Source of the DNA: a virus
Lineage: Duplodnaviria; Heunggongvirae; Uroviricota; Caudoviricetes
Virus record (IMG/VR): IMGVR_UViG_2563366999_000007
Location: 1-19,474 of that record
Length of the DNA: 19,474 bases
Reading direction: 5' to 3' (one strand)
The translations under genes and the position numbers were made by a program. The notes under the pieces are model-generated. The model was not told the origin of the DNA and made no database searches. It worked only from the letters and a program-made list of their open reading frames with translations. This document shows, one piece after another, positions 1 to 8,655 of this stretch. How positions within the stretch are numbered: position 1 is the first letter of the stretch; every line of letters starts with the position of its first letter.

Positions 1-526
1 TCAATTAATCAGCAGTTCAGGCTGTGTCACCTGCAAAATGTATTCATGCTCGACAGCCAGGACACGCTTCTCTCTCTTCCGTTCGTTCATTAACCGACTG
101 CCGATCGTACCTTTCAGCTTTGAGCGTGTTTCTTTGATGGCGTAGCGGTGCTGCATTTCTTCGCCAATTGCCATGCGGCGGCTCAGTTGCTCTGCCATCC
201 AGTTGAATGCTGCGATATAGCTCTCCTTGATTGCCGCAGCAGCTTTCCCGGTGAACCCCATCACAACCATGATCCAGCCATCTTTCGTCAGGCTGTACAT
301 CGGGCGAACCTTGCCCTGCTCATCGATATAATCAGCCGACGCAAAATTGCGTTGGCTAAACTCACGCGAGCAATCAGCCTTAACCTGCTCGATTTTCCTG
401 AGAACATCACCGTGTCGCTTGCCGAAGTACTTGGCAATTTTTCTGGATGTGGTAACGACCTCTCCGTTTTTGGCTTGCACCATTTCTCGGAAGTCGAAGG
501 CTGGAATAACTGAATGATTATTCATA
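1..526 (-). CDS. Rha-family phage regulatory protein / putative antirepressor
   Basis: ORF 1..561 (-); preferred start is the ATG at 526..524 (MNNHSVIP...), preceded by AAGG. The N-terminal motif TTSRKIAKYFGKRHGDVLRKI is typical of the Rha family. Stop TGA at 3..1. Confidence 0.7.
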
Positions 527-666
527 GCGTCTTTACCTTTTAGAAAGTGAGCCTGTCTCACAGAAAAGCCGCCCGAGAGAGGTCGCCACCTATAACGGCA
601 TTTCTCAGGCTCGCTTACTGAAAGGCTCTCGTTAATATGCGCGTGAGATGCGCGTTTACTGCGGAC

Positions 667-693
667 ATAAAAAAGCCCCGCATCGCGAGGCTC
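667..693 (-). terminator. Rho-independent terminator downstream of Rz/Rz1
   Basis: Minus strand reads GCCTCGCGATGCGGGGC followed by TTTTTTAT: a GC-rich 7-bp stem (one mismatch), 3-nt loop, then a U-run, immediately after the Rz stop at 724. Confidence 0.6.
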
Positions 694-723
694 ATTAAAT
701 TGACTTTGTGATTTGCAAAAAAA

Positions 724-1191
724 TTATTTCAGGCATTGCGTCCTGATGTACTCCTGAAGCGTTCTCAGTGCTGTTTGGTCACGGATAATTCCGTCCCGGA
801 TACCGAGAACGTTTCGTCCAGCAACTGGAGAGAGTTCGACGGTGGCATCATTGCCCATGCCGGAGGCGCTGGAGGTTTCGGCTGAGGATGGCACAGAGCA
901 TTTTCCTTTGACGAGCACCCGACCACCATTATCAAGCTTGCGCCGAAGAGCATCATTTTCAGCTTTCGCATCAGCCAACTCCTTCGTGTATTTAGCATCG
1001 AGTACATCAGCAGCACGCTGGCGTTGCTGCATGTCAGTAATGGTGGCGGTCGCCTGCTTCAGCTCACTGACTTTTTTATCACGCTGCTCTTTGTAGGCGA
1101 TGGCGTTATCACGGTAATGATTAACAGCCCATGACAGGCAGAGGATGATGCAAATAACCAGAGCGGAGATAATCGCGGTTACCCTGCTCAT
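724..1191 (-). CDS. Rz: i-spanin Rz (inner-membrane spanin subunit)
   Basis: [16 protein letters not shown]...[16 protein letters not shown] closely resembles lambda/21 Rz. The start overlaps the R stop (ATGA). Confidence 0.9.
   Translation of the reverse strand: MSRVTAIISALVICIILCLSWAVNHYRDNAIAYKEQRDKKVSELKQATATITDMQQRQRAADVLDAKYTKELADAKAENDALRRKLDNGGRVLVKGKCSVPSSAETSSASGMGNDATVELSPVAGRNVLGIRDGIIRDQTALRTLQEYIRTQCLK
765..971 (-). CDS. Rz1: o-spanin Rz1 (outer-membrane lipoprotein), embedded in Rz in the +1 frame
   Basis: [22 protein letters not shown]... has a lipobox (VVGC) and a Pro-rich segment ([11 protein letters not shown]), and lies wholly inside Rz in another frame. Confidence 0.8.
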   Translation of the reverse strand: MRKLKMMLFGASLIMVVGCSSKENALCHPQPKPPAPPAWAMMPPSNSLQLLDETFSVSGTELSVTKQH

Positions 1192-1685
1192 TGCTGCCCC
1201 CACAAACAGACTTCACGCTCAATATCACGACGGGTCATCAGCCCTTTCCATTGCTTACCGCCAGCGTATGTCCAGCGACGTAGCTGGTCACATGCGCCTT
1301 TGATATCACCCTGGTTTATTTTGCGAAGAAGCGTCGATGTTCTGAAATTACCAGCGCCCACGTTGTAAACGAGCGAGTAAAGAGCGCCGCGCGTTGTTTC
1401 CGGTATATCGACTTTGATGTACGGGTTAATTTGTCTGGCGACCATGGCAAGGTCTTTATTCAGGAGGGCTTTGCATTCTGCTTCGGTATACGTTTTACCG
1501 GGAATGATGTCTTTTCCGGTGTGTCCGTGACATACAGTCCATACGCCAACGATATCTTCGTATGGTATGTAGCTGACACCTTCCAGGCCATCGTCACCAC
1601 TCGGACCAGTGATGAGCACAGACGCTATGGCAACAGCCCCACCACCAATAGCAGCAGCAACAGCCTTGCGTAATGATGGCGACAT
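1188..1685 (-). CDS. R: SAR endolysin (phage-21 R-type lysozyme, GH24)
   Basis: 165 aa. The N-terminal signal-anchor-release segment ([20 protein letters not shown]) and the rest of the protein match phage 21 R almost throughout. The start overlaps the S stop (TAATG). Confidence 0.92.
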   Translation of the reverse strand: MSPSLRKAVAAAIGGGAVAIASVLITGPSGDDGLEGVSYIPYEDIVGVWTVCHGHTGKDIIPGKTYTEAECKALLNKDLAMVARQINPYIKVDIPETTRGALYSLVYNVGAGNFRTSTLLRKINQGDIKGACDQLRRWTYAGGKQWKGLMTRRDIEREVCLWGQQ

Positions 1686-1900
1686 TATTCACCTCTCGCA
1701 GCCTTACGCTTATCTTCTTTAATCTTGAAATAAAGGTTTGTCAGATACGTCAGCAAGCCAAACACCAGGCTACCCAATACGCCTATTGCCACCCACTGGG
1801 ATGGGGAGACTTTGTCCAGCAACTGCAGTAGCCAGTATCCCGTCCCCACCGCTGACGTGGTGTATGACACACCTGTTGTGATTTTTTCCATCTGGTACAT
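1685..1900 (-). CDS. S: Pinholin S21-type (holin/antiholin, dual start)
   Basis: 71 aa from [10 protein letters not shown]... The dual-start motif (Met1 and Met4) and two TM segments match phage 21 S21 (...[40 protein letters not shown]). GGGAG ribosome-binding site upstream. Confidence 0.9.
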   Translation of the reverse strand: MYQMEKITTGVSYTTSAVGTGYWLLQLLDKVSPSQWVAIGVLGSLVFGLLTYLTNLYFKIKEDKRKAARGE

Positions 1901-2308
1901 ACCCCGTCTCCCGTTATCCGGAAGCTGACAACAATAAAAAGCCACCAGTTAATTCCTGATGGCCCTGATGCATAAACGTCATAATACCTGACTGTTATGA
2001 TTGACAATAATGATAATGTTTATATAGAAAGGTTCCCGATGTGTGTTACATATCATTTCTCCACGGGGAATATCCCCACGCCAGCGCAGACTCTTTTACC
2101 CGTTCTCTTCTGCGCTGGCTCTTTTTTATTATGCTGCTGCATTTACCTCTGGCACCAGGCTTTCTATCTCAACACAATACGTGGTACTTCTTGTAACCAA
2201 TATCATAACGATTAATCGACATAGAATTTCTCCCGTGTACAGGAACAGAGTTAAAAAGCCGGAACCGGAATCAAATCACAGGATGACCATCTGCCAGTGG
2301 CAGGTCAT

Positions 2309-2335
2309 AAAAAAAAGGCCGCGCCATGCGCAGCC
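2309..2335 (-). terminator. Strong intrinsic terminator on the late-transcript strand (candidate tR' equivalent)
   Basis: Minus strand: GGCTGCGCATGGCGCGGCC, a GC-rich 8-bp stem with one mismatch and a 3-nt loop, followed by eight T (plus-strand A-run 2309..2316). Confidence 0.6.
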
Positions 2336-2521
2336 AGAACTCACAAGGAAAATGATAGAAGGAAATAACATTAGTGATGTACGCATGGCGCCTCCCGCTA
2401 AGTTCTGCAATGATCAAACAGAACTCGCTACGTGCCCTTAAAACTCGATCATTTAGCCCCTCCAAGGAGGATTCACCATGCGGTTGATTTTTTAATAAAC
2501 AGTAAACAAAAAAGTCAAGGA

Positions 2522-2632
2522 TTATTCATTCTGTTTTTTCATCATCGGCCACAGCAATACCACAATGCCGCAGACCAGAGCGCCATCAGTCAGTACCAAC
2601 ATTATCCTGCTGGTGAAATCCATCATCACCAT
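2522..2632 (-). CDS. Hypothetical small hydrophobic peptide (about 33-36 aa)
   Basis: Minus-strand ORF M(VMM)DFTSRIMLVLTDGALVCGIVVLLWPMMKKQNE*, with in-frame TTG/GTG codons extending it upstream. No clear Shine-Dalgarno sequence; may be spurious. Confidence 0.2.
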   Translation of the reverse strand: MVMMDFTSRIMLVLTDGALVCGIVVLLWPMMKKQNE

Positions 2633-2765
2633 CACTAAAAGCAGGATCACAACAGCAAGCAGACACAGTTTATAAAACAATGTTCAGAAAACGCATTCAG
2701 CATGCCTAAGGTTCTATTCCTACGAATAGCCAACTTGCAACTTAAAATATTATTTATGCAGCCAA

Positions 2766-3524
2766 TTAAATTCTGGTCCTTACAATATCAACCTGAAGAT
2801 TCTTATCTTGTGCTGATTGATAAATGACAAACCTTTTACTACCTGCATTGAAAGAAGTAGACAAAACCAGACAATTATCATAACGAGCAAGAACATAATA
2901 CCAACCATCATTATAATTAATCATTTCATATTCTTTCTTAAACTGCGGTTTGTAATATCCTGTCAGAAATGAAAAAAGCCAGAAATATGCCACAAAAGCA
3001 ATCATCACAATCTCAAAAAAATGTTTTTTTATAAATGGCTTATCATAGAAGCATGATACCGATAAAAATCGCCCATAAGATCTTATCGAAATTGTAACCG
3101 CCAGCGCAATCGCTGCTGACAGTAGCAAAAGAGGTACCTGAATCTTCTGTCTCAATATAGAAAACTCAATAATTGCCGGCACAAACAATAATTCCACAGC
3201 AAAATAAAGGCGAAATACATTTAGCTCTTGCATAGAATGTTTTCTTTTCACTGCGAAAAAGAATACAACACCAATACCCCAACCGATAAGAAATATAGCA
3301 ATGACGATAACTGCAAAAAATAAACTTCTGGCAACATCATCAACACCTGCACCTACAATCCACCATGGGAAGCCGTAGTAAAAAGAAGTACCCCATCCAT
3401 AGAAATAAGCACTCCCCCATCCAAGGCATCCCATGTAGGCAATAAAAAGTGAAGAACTCCTGAGCAGCGCACCATCCTTCATAACCACCCCAATACAAGA
3501 TGATAACATTGGCTTACAACTCAT
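2766..3524 (-). CDS. Hypothetical polytopic membrane protein (moron between Q/pR' and the lysis cassette)
   Basis: 252-aa ORF in AT-rich DNA with about five hydrophobic helices rich in F/Y/W and a roughly 50-aa hydrophilic C-terminus. I recognise no family. Start is uncertain (ATG at 3524, or 3482 at MKDGALL). Confidence 0.6.
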   Translation of the reverse strand: MSCKPMLSSCIGVVMKDGALLRSSSLFIAYMGCLGWGSAYFYGWGTSFYYGFPWWIVGAGVDDVARSLFFAVIVIAIFLIGWGIGVVFFFAVKRKHSMQELNVFRLYFAVELLFVPAIIEFSILRQKIQVPLLLLSAAIALAVTISIRSYGRFLSVSCFYDKPFIKKHFFEIVMIAFVAYFWLFSFLTGYYKPQFKKEYEMINYNDGWYYVLARYDNCLVLSTSFNAGSKRFVIYQSAQDKNLQVDIVRTRI

Positions 3525-3679
3525 AACAAAAGCAATTCAATGCCGTCAAGAGGTTACAGGCTAAAAAAACTCTATTACATTGCAGTCAGCATGTTTACTA
3601 CACAAATACAATTCAGAGCATAAAAACTACTCGGCGGCAGGTTATTGAGACTCATCAATGACATGTAAAAAACGCCCAT

Positions 3680-3725
3680 TATTGGTGTCAAGTTTCCCCA
3701 AAGTTATTCAAAAAGTCAATATTAT
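3680..3725 (-). promoter_or_regulatory. Late promoter pR' with Q-utilisation (qut) region
   Basis: Minus strand reads GGCATAATATTGACTTTTTGAATAACTTTGGGGAAACTTGACACCAATAATGGG, which parallels the lambda pR'/qut segment (TTGACT -35, 17-bp spacer, then the pause-region TTGAC motif), about 45 bp after the Q stop. Confidence 0.6.
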
Positions 3726-3761
3726 GCCGTTAATATGTTGCCATCCGTGGCAATCATGGCG

Positions 3762-4385
3762 CTAACGTGTGATCGCATTCAAAATGTTGTCTGCGATTGA
3801 CTCTTCCTTGTGGCATTGCACAACCAGAGCGTCATACAGCGGCTTAACAGTGCGTGACCAGGTGGGTTGGGTAAGGTTTGGGATTAGCATCGTCACAGCG
3901 CGATATGCGGCGCTTGCTGGCATTCTTGAATAACCGACGCCTTTACATCTTCCGCACTCTTTCTCAGCAACTATCCCCCACTGCTCTGTTTTGGCTATAT
4001 CAACCGCACGGCCTGTACCGTGGCAATCTCTGCATCTTGCGCCCGGCGTAGCGGCACTACGGCAATAATCCGCATAAGCGAATGTTGCGAGCACTTGCAG
4101 TACCTTTGCCTTAGTATTTCCTTCAAGCTTTGCCACGCCACGGTATTTCCCCGATACCTTGTGTGCAAATTGCATCAGATAGTTGATAGCCTTTTGTTTG
4201 TCGTTCTGGCTGAGTTCGTGCTTACCGCAGAATGCAGCCATTCCGAATCCGGCTTGTGATTGCGCCATCCCCATAGCAGCCATCACATCAGTACCGGAAA
4301 GAGAGTCAGAAGCCGTAGCCCGTGGTGAGTCGCTCATCATCGGGCTTTTTGGCGAATGAAATTTAGCTACGCTTTCGAGTCTCAT
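3762..4385 (-). CDS. Q: Late-gene antiterminator Q (lambda type)
   Basis: 207 aa, [31 protein letters not shown]..., essentially identical to lambda Q over its length. Confidence 0.97.
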   Translation of the reverse strand: MRLESVAKFHSPKSPMMSDSPRATASDSLSGTDVMAAMGMAQSQAGFGMAAFCGKHELSQNDKQKAINYLMQFAHKVSGKYRGVAKLEGNTKAKVLQVLATFAYADYCRSAATPGARCRDCHGTGRAVDIAKTEQWGIVAEKECGRCKGVGYSRMPASAAYRAVTMLIPNLTQPTWSRTVKPLYDALVVQCHKEESIADNILNAITR

Positions 4386-5047
4386 GCGCCTTCTCCCTGT
4401 ACCTGAATCAATGTGAGGTTTCCGCAGAACACTGCGCCAGTATCGATATACATCTGGTTGGCAAATTTGAGTGGTTTCACTGCTGGCGTATGACCAAAGA
4501 TAAACGTGTCCGCGCCTTTAATTTCTTTCACGATCCCGTCTTGTGAGTTGCTGATTCGTTCGCGGTTCCAGATTACCTGCTGATGATCAACTGGCTTTCC
4601 AAATTCGTATTCGTCACAAGGATAATCGGCGTGGCAGATGACATATTTTTTACCTTTGCTCACCAGTTCGATGATTAACGGAAGTTCTTCTGCTTTATGG
4701 GCAAGAGCTTTAGCCAGAATTTCTTTGTCGTAATCGAGATTAAAGAACCAGCCACCGCCATTAAGCAGCCAGTGATTGACGTTTCCACGCTCTGATAAGC
4801 CATCAATCATCATTTGCTCATGGTTTCCACGTACAGCTCTGAACCAGGGGAATGTGATTAATTCCAGGCATTCTACGTTCTCTGTACCGCGATCAACCAA
4901 ATCGCCCACCGAGATAAGCAGGTCTTTTTTGGTGTCGAATCCTATCGTCTCCAGTTTTTTCATCAGGTTCGTGTAGCATCCGTGCAGATCGCCAACTACC
5001 CAAATATTTCGGTATTTGCTGCCATCAATTCTTTCGTAGATATTCAT
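4382..5047 (-). CDS. ninI: Ser/Thr protein phosphatase (lambda orf221 / NinI)
   Basis: 221 aa, [25 protein letters not shown]...GNHE... carries the metallophosphatase motifs (GDLHG, GDLVDRG, GNHE) and matches lambda PP. Confidence 0.95.
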   Translation of the reverse strand: MNIYERIDGSKYRNIWVVGDLHGCYTNLMKKLETIGFDTKKDLLISVGDLVDRGTENVECLELITFPWFRAVRGNHEQMMIDGLSERGNVNHWLLNGGGWFFNLDYDKEILAKALAHKAEELPLIIELVSKGKKYVICHADYPCDEYEFGKPVDHQQVIWNRERISNSQDGIVKEIKGADTFIFGHTPAVKPLKFANQMYIDTGAVFCGNLTLIQVQGEGA

Positions 5048-5649
5048 GCAACCTCACTTCTGCTGTTTCGCAGTTTTTTAAGTTTCTGTTGATACTCCGC
5101 CTTGATGGCCCTGCACTCTTCGACAGTCCAGCGATAGCGGTTATGGTTTGATTCGATTTCCTCTACTGCTACCTGCCCGATGCCGCTAATCAGTTCGACG
5201 CGATACGGAACGAGATTTCCGCTTTTGTGCTGGTTGCACACCACGCATTGCTTGTGAATATTGCGTTCATCAAATCGGAGTTGAGGTGCCGCAGCAGTTG
5301 TCCGGTAATGTCCGGCATCCCACTGAGCAGACGTGAGCGTTCCGCACGAGATACATGGTAAGTCGCGGTCTCTTTCTCTGATGAAGGCGTTTACGGCTTG
5401 TTGGGCTTGCTTAATCCAGTAACTGCGGGGCTTTAAGGCGAGTTTTCGAATCTTAAGTTTATCTTTCTGTTTCTGTTCATCTCGTCGTCGTTTCTTCTCT
5501 GCTGCTTTTTCCGCTTTTTCGCGTTCTTTACTTCGTCGTTCGAGTGCTAATTGAGTTCCGTGTTCCGGGCAGCACCACCACTGATTTGAGAATGCCGGGT
5601 GAAACCATTCCTTGCATATTTTGCATTTCCTTCGCGCTGGTTTAGCCAT
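5044..5649 (-). CDS. ninG: NinG (Rap) recombination-associated protein
   Basis: 201 aa, [18 protein letters not shown]..., strong match to lambda NinG. Its start overlaps the ninF stop. Confidence 0.93.
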   Translation of the reverse strand: MAKPARRKCKICKEWFHPAFSNQWWCCPEHGTQLALERRSKEREKAEKAAEKKRRRDEQKQKDKLKIRKLALKPRSYWIKQAQQAVNAFIRERDRDLPCISCGTLTSAQWDAGHYRTTAAAPQLRFDERNIHKQCVVCNQHKSGNLVPYRVELISGIGQVAVEEIESNHNRYRWTVEECRAIKAEYQQKLKKLRNSRSEVA

Positions 5650-5812
5650 CGTCTTCTTCCTCGTACATTGAGCTATTCGGATCGCTCATCAGTTCTGCGC
5701 AGCAATCGGAGCACACGTGAACTTCCAGCACATGCAGCTTCTGACCGCAGTTAGCGCACGTTAAAGCTCGCTCGACGCTTTCTTGTTCGTAACTTCGATT
5801 TTGGTCAATCAC
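5642..5812 (-). CDS. ninF: NinF
   Basis: Hand-translated 56 aa (GTG start with GAGGA ribosome-binding site): (M)[55 protein letters not shown], matching lambda NinF. Below the ORF-track length cutoff. Confidence 0.8.
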   Translation of the reverse strand: MIDQNRSYEQESVERALTCANCGQKLHVLEVHVCSDCCAELMSDPNSSMYEEEDDG

Positions 5813-5991
5813 CTTGTTTTCCTCGCACGTTCTCTAAGCCACCGGATATCCCACAGGTGAGCCGTGTAGTTGAAGGTTTTTACGTCAGATTCTTTTGGGA
5901 TTGGCTTGCGTTTATTTCTGGAGCGTTTCGTTGGAAGGTATTTGCAGTTTTCGCAGATGATGTCGGTGAAACTTCGTCGCTGTCGTCTCAT
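5809..5991 (-). CDS. ninE: NinE
   Basis: [60 protein letters not shown], about 60 aa, matches lambda NinE. ATGA overlap with the ninB stop. Confidence 0.9.
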   Translation of the reverse strand: MRRQRRSFTDIICENCKYLPTKRSRNKRKPIPKESDVKTFNYTAHLWDIRWLRERARKTR

Positions 5992-6398
5992 TCGTACCTC
6001 CTGTCGGTAAATCTGACACCCTGACCAATAGCCCATGCTGTCGTGTACTCAATCAGACTTGCCATACGCTTCACACTCATCTGCGCGCTGCTTTCGCGAA
6101 TGTTGACGCATTCGCCTTCAAGCCCGGGTAAAACATCAGCTTCCTGTTTCGTTGCCACTGCATGACCGCTTATCAACAAAACCTTCCATTGTTCTGGTTT
6201 TAACCATTTGCCGCGCCACTGAACTTGCCTAGCGATATCTGCGACCATCGCGTGAAATTTTGCGTTCTGGTCAAGGTTGCGCTTGTAGTCAGTAATGCGG
6301 ATGGTAACTGGCTTGTCTTTATCGAGTGGTGTTGCGAGGATGGCGTTGATTGCGGCTTGCTGTTGTTGCTTAGTTCGGAGGAAGATTGTTTGCTTCAT
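5988..6398 (-). CDS. ninB: NinB/Orf-family recombination mediator (divergent from lambda NinB)
   Basis: 136 aa. The conserved core [32 protein letters not shown] aligns with lambda NinB (SLDQNRKLWACLGDVSRQVEWHGRWLDAESWK). GAGG ribosome-binding site. Confidence 0.75.
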   Translation of the reverse strand: MKQTIFLRTKQQQQAAINAILATPLDKDKPVTIRITDYKRNLDQNAKFHAMVADIARQVQWRGKWLKPEQWKVLLISGHAVATKQEADVLPGLEGECVNIRESSAQMSVKRMASLIEYTTAWAIGQGVRFTDRRYE

Positions 6399-6405
6399 CG
6401 TTACC

Positions 6406-6612
6406 TCAACTCACAAAACGCCACGCCACTTTTGCTACGACAACAGGCATAACACCGATAATCACCCACAGGAAAATGCTACCGAAAAGCACACCAACCA
6501 GGTCTTTACCTTCGCCTACCAGCCGGACAAAACTGCTGGCAACCACAATGAACGTCGCCACCATCCACATAGCACCGAGAATCCTCAATGCAGAAAAAAT
6601 CAACTCAACCAC
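6406..6612 (-). CDS. Hypothetical small membrane protein (68 aa, two predicted TM helices)
   Basis: GTG start with a strong GGGGGAGAG ribosome-binding site; (M)VELIFSALRILGAMWMVATFIVVASSFVRLVGEGKDLVGVLFGSIFLWVIIGVMPVVVAKVAWRFVS. No lambda counterpart at this position. Confidence 0.45.
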   Translation of the reverse strand: MVELIFSALRILGAMWMVATFIVVASSFVRLVGEGKDLVGVLFGSIFLWVIIGVMPVVVAKVAWRFVS

Positions 6613-6688
6613 GATTTACTCTCCCCCAAATAAAAAGGCCTGCGATTACCAGCAGGCCTGTTACAAGCTCAGTGATGTAGATGGTCAT
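6605..6688 (-). CDS. Hypothetical 27-aa hydrophobic peptide, translationally coupled
   Basis: ATG overlaps the ren stop (ATGA) and has a GGAG ribosome-binding site; MTIYITELVTGLLVIAGLFIWGRVNRG*. Its stop overlaps the GTG start of the 68-aa ORF. Confidence 0.25.
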   Translation of the reverse strand: MTIYITELVTGLLVIAGLFIWGRVNRG

Positions 6689-6975
6689 CTTTTAACTCCA
6701 TATACCGCCAATACCCGTTTCATCGCGGCACTCTGGCGACACTCCTTAAAAATTAGGTTCGTGCTCATCTTTCCTTCCCGTTCTTCCTTGGTAGCAAACC
6801 GGTAATACACCGTTCGCCAGACCTTACCTTCGATAACCAGAAGACCTGCCCGTGCCATTTTAGCCGCGGCCTGATTTATGCTGGTTACTGTTGCGCCTGT
6901 TAGCGCGGCAACGTCCGGCGCACAGAAGCTATTATGCGTCCCCAGGTAATGAATAATTGCCTCTTTGCCCGTCAT
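6685..6975 (-). CDS. ren: Ren (Rex-exclusion resistance protein)
   Basis: 96 aa, MTGKEAIIHYLGTHNSFCAPDVAALTGATVTSINQAAAKMARAG..., near-identical to lambda Ren. Confidence 0.95.
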   Translation of the reverse strand: MTGKEAIIHYLGTHNSFCAPDVAALTGATVTSINQAAAKMARAGLLVIEGKVWRTVYYRFATKEEREGKMSTNLIFKECRQSAAMKRVLAVYGVKR

Positions 6976-7673
6976 ACACTTGCTCCTTTCAGTCCGAACT
7001 TAGCTTTGAGTTCTGCGATCTTCGCCAGAGCCTGTGCACGATTTAGAGGTCTACCGCCCATGACAGGAAGTTGTTTTACTGGTTCAGGGATCGCCTCACC
7101 ACGGTTAATTCTCGCAGTCATATGGACAAGCTCATCTGCGGCCTTACGGCGTAATTCCGCATCAGTAAGCGCATTGGCCCGCATGTTCTGATACAGGTTG
7201 GTAACCAGCCAGTAGTGCGCGTTTGATTTCCACGGATAAAACTCCGCATCCGGATACAGGCCTCGCTTCCGGCAATACTCGTAAACCATATCAACCAGCT
7301 CGCTGACGTTTGGCAGTCCGGCGATAACGGATGCTTCTTCCCGGCACCATGCAACAAACTGCCCGGGTGATGGCAGAAATGGTCGATTCTGCCGACGGGC
7401 TACGCGCATTCCTGCGTTAACCTGTTCCATTGTGGTGATCCCGTTTTCCCGGAAAGCCAGAACCCACTGGCGGCGGATTTCGTTCAGTTCGTTCTGGTCA
7501 CGGTTAGCCAGGCTCGCCGGGAAAGTTGCCAGTAACCGGCTGAACACACCATTGATGATCTGCGCTACCTGTTGTACCTGCGGCTTTTCGTCGTACTGTT
7601 CCGGCATATTGTTGGCGATCCGACGCATCTGCTCACGGTCAAAGTTAACCATCTGTGCGGCGATGTTTTTCAT
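6972..7673 (-). CDS. P: Replication protein P (DnaB helicase loader)
   Basis: 233 aa, MKNIAAQMVNFDREQMRRIANNMPEQYDEKPQVQQ..., near-identical to lambda P. Confidence 0.97.
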   Translation of the reverse strand: MKNIAAQMVNFDREQMRRIANNMPEQYDEKPQVQQVAQIINGVFSRLLATFPASLANRDQNELNEIRRQWVLAFRENGITTMEQVNAGMRVARRQNRPFLPSPGQFVAWCREEASVIAGLPNVSELVDMVYEYCRKRGLYPDAEFYPWKSNAHYWLVTNLYQNMRANALTDAELRRKAADELVHMTARINRGEAIPEPVKQLPVMGGRPLNRAQALAKIAELKAKFGLKGASV

Positions 7674-8569
7674 AGATCCACCCCGTAAATCCAGTCAGTG
7701 TTTGTCAGGTCGAGTTTTGGTTTGCTAGCTGTCACGCCTGCCTGTTGCTTGTTACGGTTGATTTCGAGTTGGGTCCACTTGTCGCGGAGTTTGGCCGGAC
7801 TTAGCACGTTACCGGACCAGAAGTTGTCCTGGCATGCCCAGCGGAACAGCACGCACATGTCGCGGTGGTTACGTCCGTCACGTTCACGCATCAGGCGGAT
7901 ATCGTTAGCCCACCCTGCAAAATTCGGTTTTCTGGCTGATGGCGCGATGGTCTTCACCATGTCAAACATCCACTCTGCGGCGGTCAGGTCTTCTGCTGTT
8001 CCCCACTTGCTGCCGCTCTGAATTGCAGCATCCGGTTTAACCACAGAAAGATCGTTTTCTGGCTGGTCAGAGGATTCGCCAGAATTCTCGGACGAATAAT
8101 CTTTTCTTTTTTCTTTTGTAATAGTGTCTTTTGTGTCCCCCTGTTTTGAGGGATAGCAATCCCCCAATTTGAGGGATGTTTTATCCCTCGTTTTAGGGGA
8201 TTTTCCCTCGTTTTGAGGGATGCACCATTCTGAGATGTTTTTATTTGGTCCAAACATGCCGCATTGCTGCTTGATAATATTCATTCTGACGAGTTCTAAC
8301 TTGGCTTCATTGCACCGTTTGACGGGTAACTTTGTAATCTCGCTAAGTTGAGAATCGGTGATTCTGTCCATTGGTTTATTCCACCCATAGGTTTTACGCA
8401 GAATGGCAAGCAGCACTTTAAACTGTCGCTTGGTCAGATCTGCGCCTGAATAAGCCTCAAGCAGCATATTTGATAGTCTGGCGTAACCATCATCGAGATC
8501 TGCCACATTACGCTCCTGTTTGGCAAAGTTACCTCTGCAGAAGTTGAGTATTTTTGCTGTATTTGTCAT
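7670..8569 (-). CDS. O: Replication initiator protein O
   Basis: 299 aa, MTNTAKILNFCRGNFAKQERNVADLDDGYARLSNMLLEAYSG..., near-identical to lambda O. Contains the ori iterons. Confidence 0.97.
   Translation of the reverse strand: MTNTAKILNFCRGNFAKQERNVADLDDGYARLSNMLLEAYSGADLTKRQFKVLLAILRKTYGWNKPMDRITDSQLSEITKLPVKRCNEAKLELVRMNIIKQQCGMFGPNKNISEWCIPQNEGKSPKTRDKTSLKLGDCYPSKQGDTKDTITKEKRKDYSSENSGESSDQPENDLSVVKPDAAIQSGSKWGTAEDLTAAEWMFDMVKTIAPSARKPNFAGWANDIRLMRERDGRNHRDMCVLFRWACQDNFWSGNVLSPAKLRDKWTQLEINRNKQQAGVTASKPKLDLTNTDWIYGVDL
8095..8221. other. ori-lambda-type replication origin: four O-binding iterons plus adjacent AT-rich region, inside gene O
   Basis: Four tandem repeats of about 19 bp of the form TCCCTCnnnnnGAGGGA (plus strand ...CCCCCTGTTTTGAGGGAT, CCCCCAATTTGAGGGAT, ATCCCTCGTTTTAGGGGAT, TTCCCTCGTTTTGAGGGAT) at about 8136..8221, next to the A/T tract at 8095..8135. 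Confidence 0.85.
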
Positions 8570-8578
8570 AATGACTCC

Positions 8579-8655
8579 TGTAGATTGATCCAGTAATGAC
8601 CTCAGAACTCCATCTGGATTTGTTCAGAACGCTCGGTTGCCGCCGGGCGTTTTTT
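8579..8655 (+). ncRNA. oop: oop antisense RNA (overlaps the cII 3' end)
   Basis: Plus strand ...GATTGATCCAGTAATGACCTCAGAACTCCATCTGGATTTGTTCAGAACGCTCGGTTGCCGCCGGGCGTTTTTTATT matches lambda oop RNA, including its terminator hairpin (GCCGCCGGGCG followed by T6). Confidence 0.7.

Noticed and set aside
148-513. 121-aa ORF on the + strand inside the Rha-family gene
   Set aside because: Entirely antisense to a well-supported gene, no ribosome-binding site, low-complexity translation; treated as a spurious frame. The same reasoning applies to other antisense track ORFs inside known genes (842..1096, 4020..4259, 7118..7357, 7698..8021, 8529..8888, 14486..14962, 15088..15404, 17880..18068).
2043-2638. 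Plus-strand ORFs of 132 aa and 68 aa (the latter with a His-rich tail), and a 5-codon mini-ORF with a strong AAGGAGG site at 2478..2495
   Set aside because: They lie antisense to the late transcript and overlap the terminator and small-ORF region, with no supporting context. The Shine-Dalgarno-like sequence is probably a chance purine run.
1946-2765. tRNA genes between Q and the lysis genes, as found in Stx-type phages
   Set aside because: I saw no T-arm-like GGTTCGA(A/T)TCC motif or cloverleaf-compatible segment on either strand by eye. Should be confirmed with a tRNA-scanning tool.
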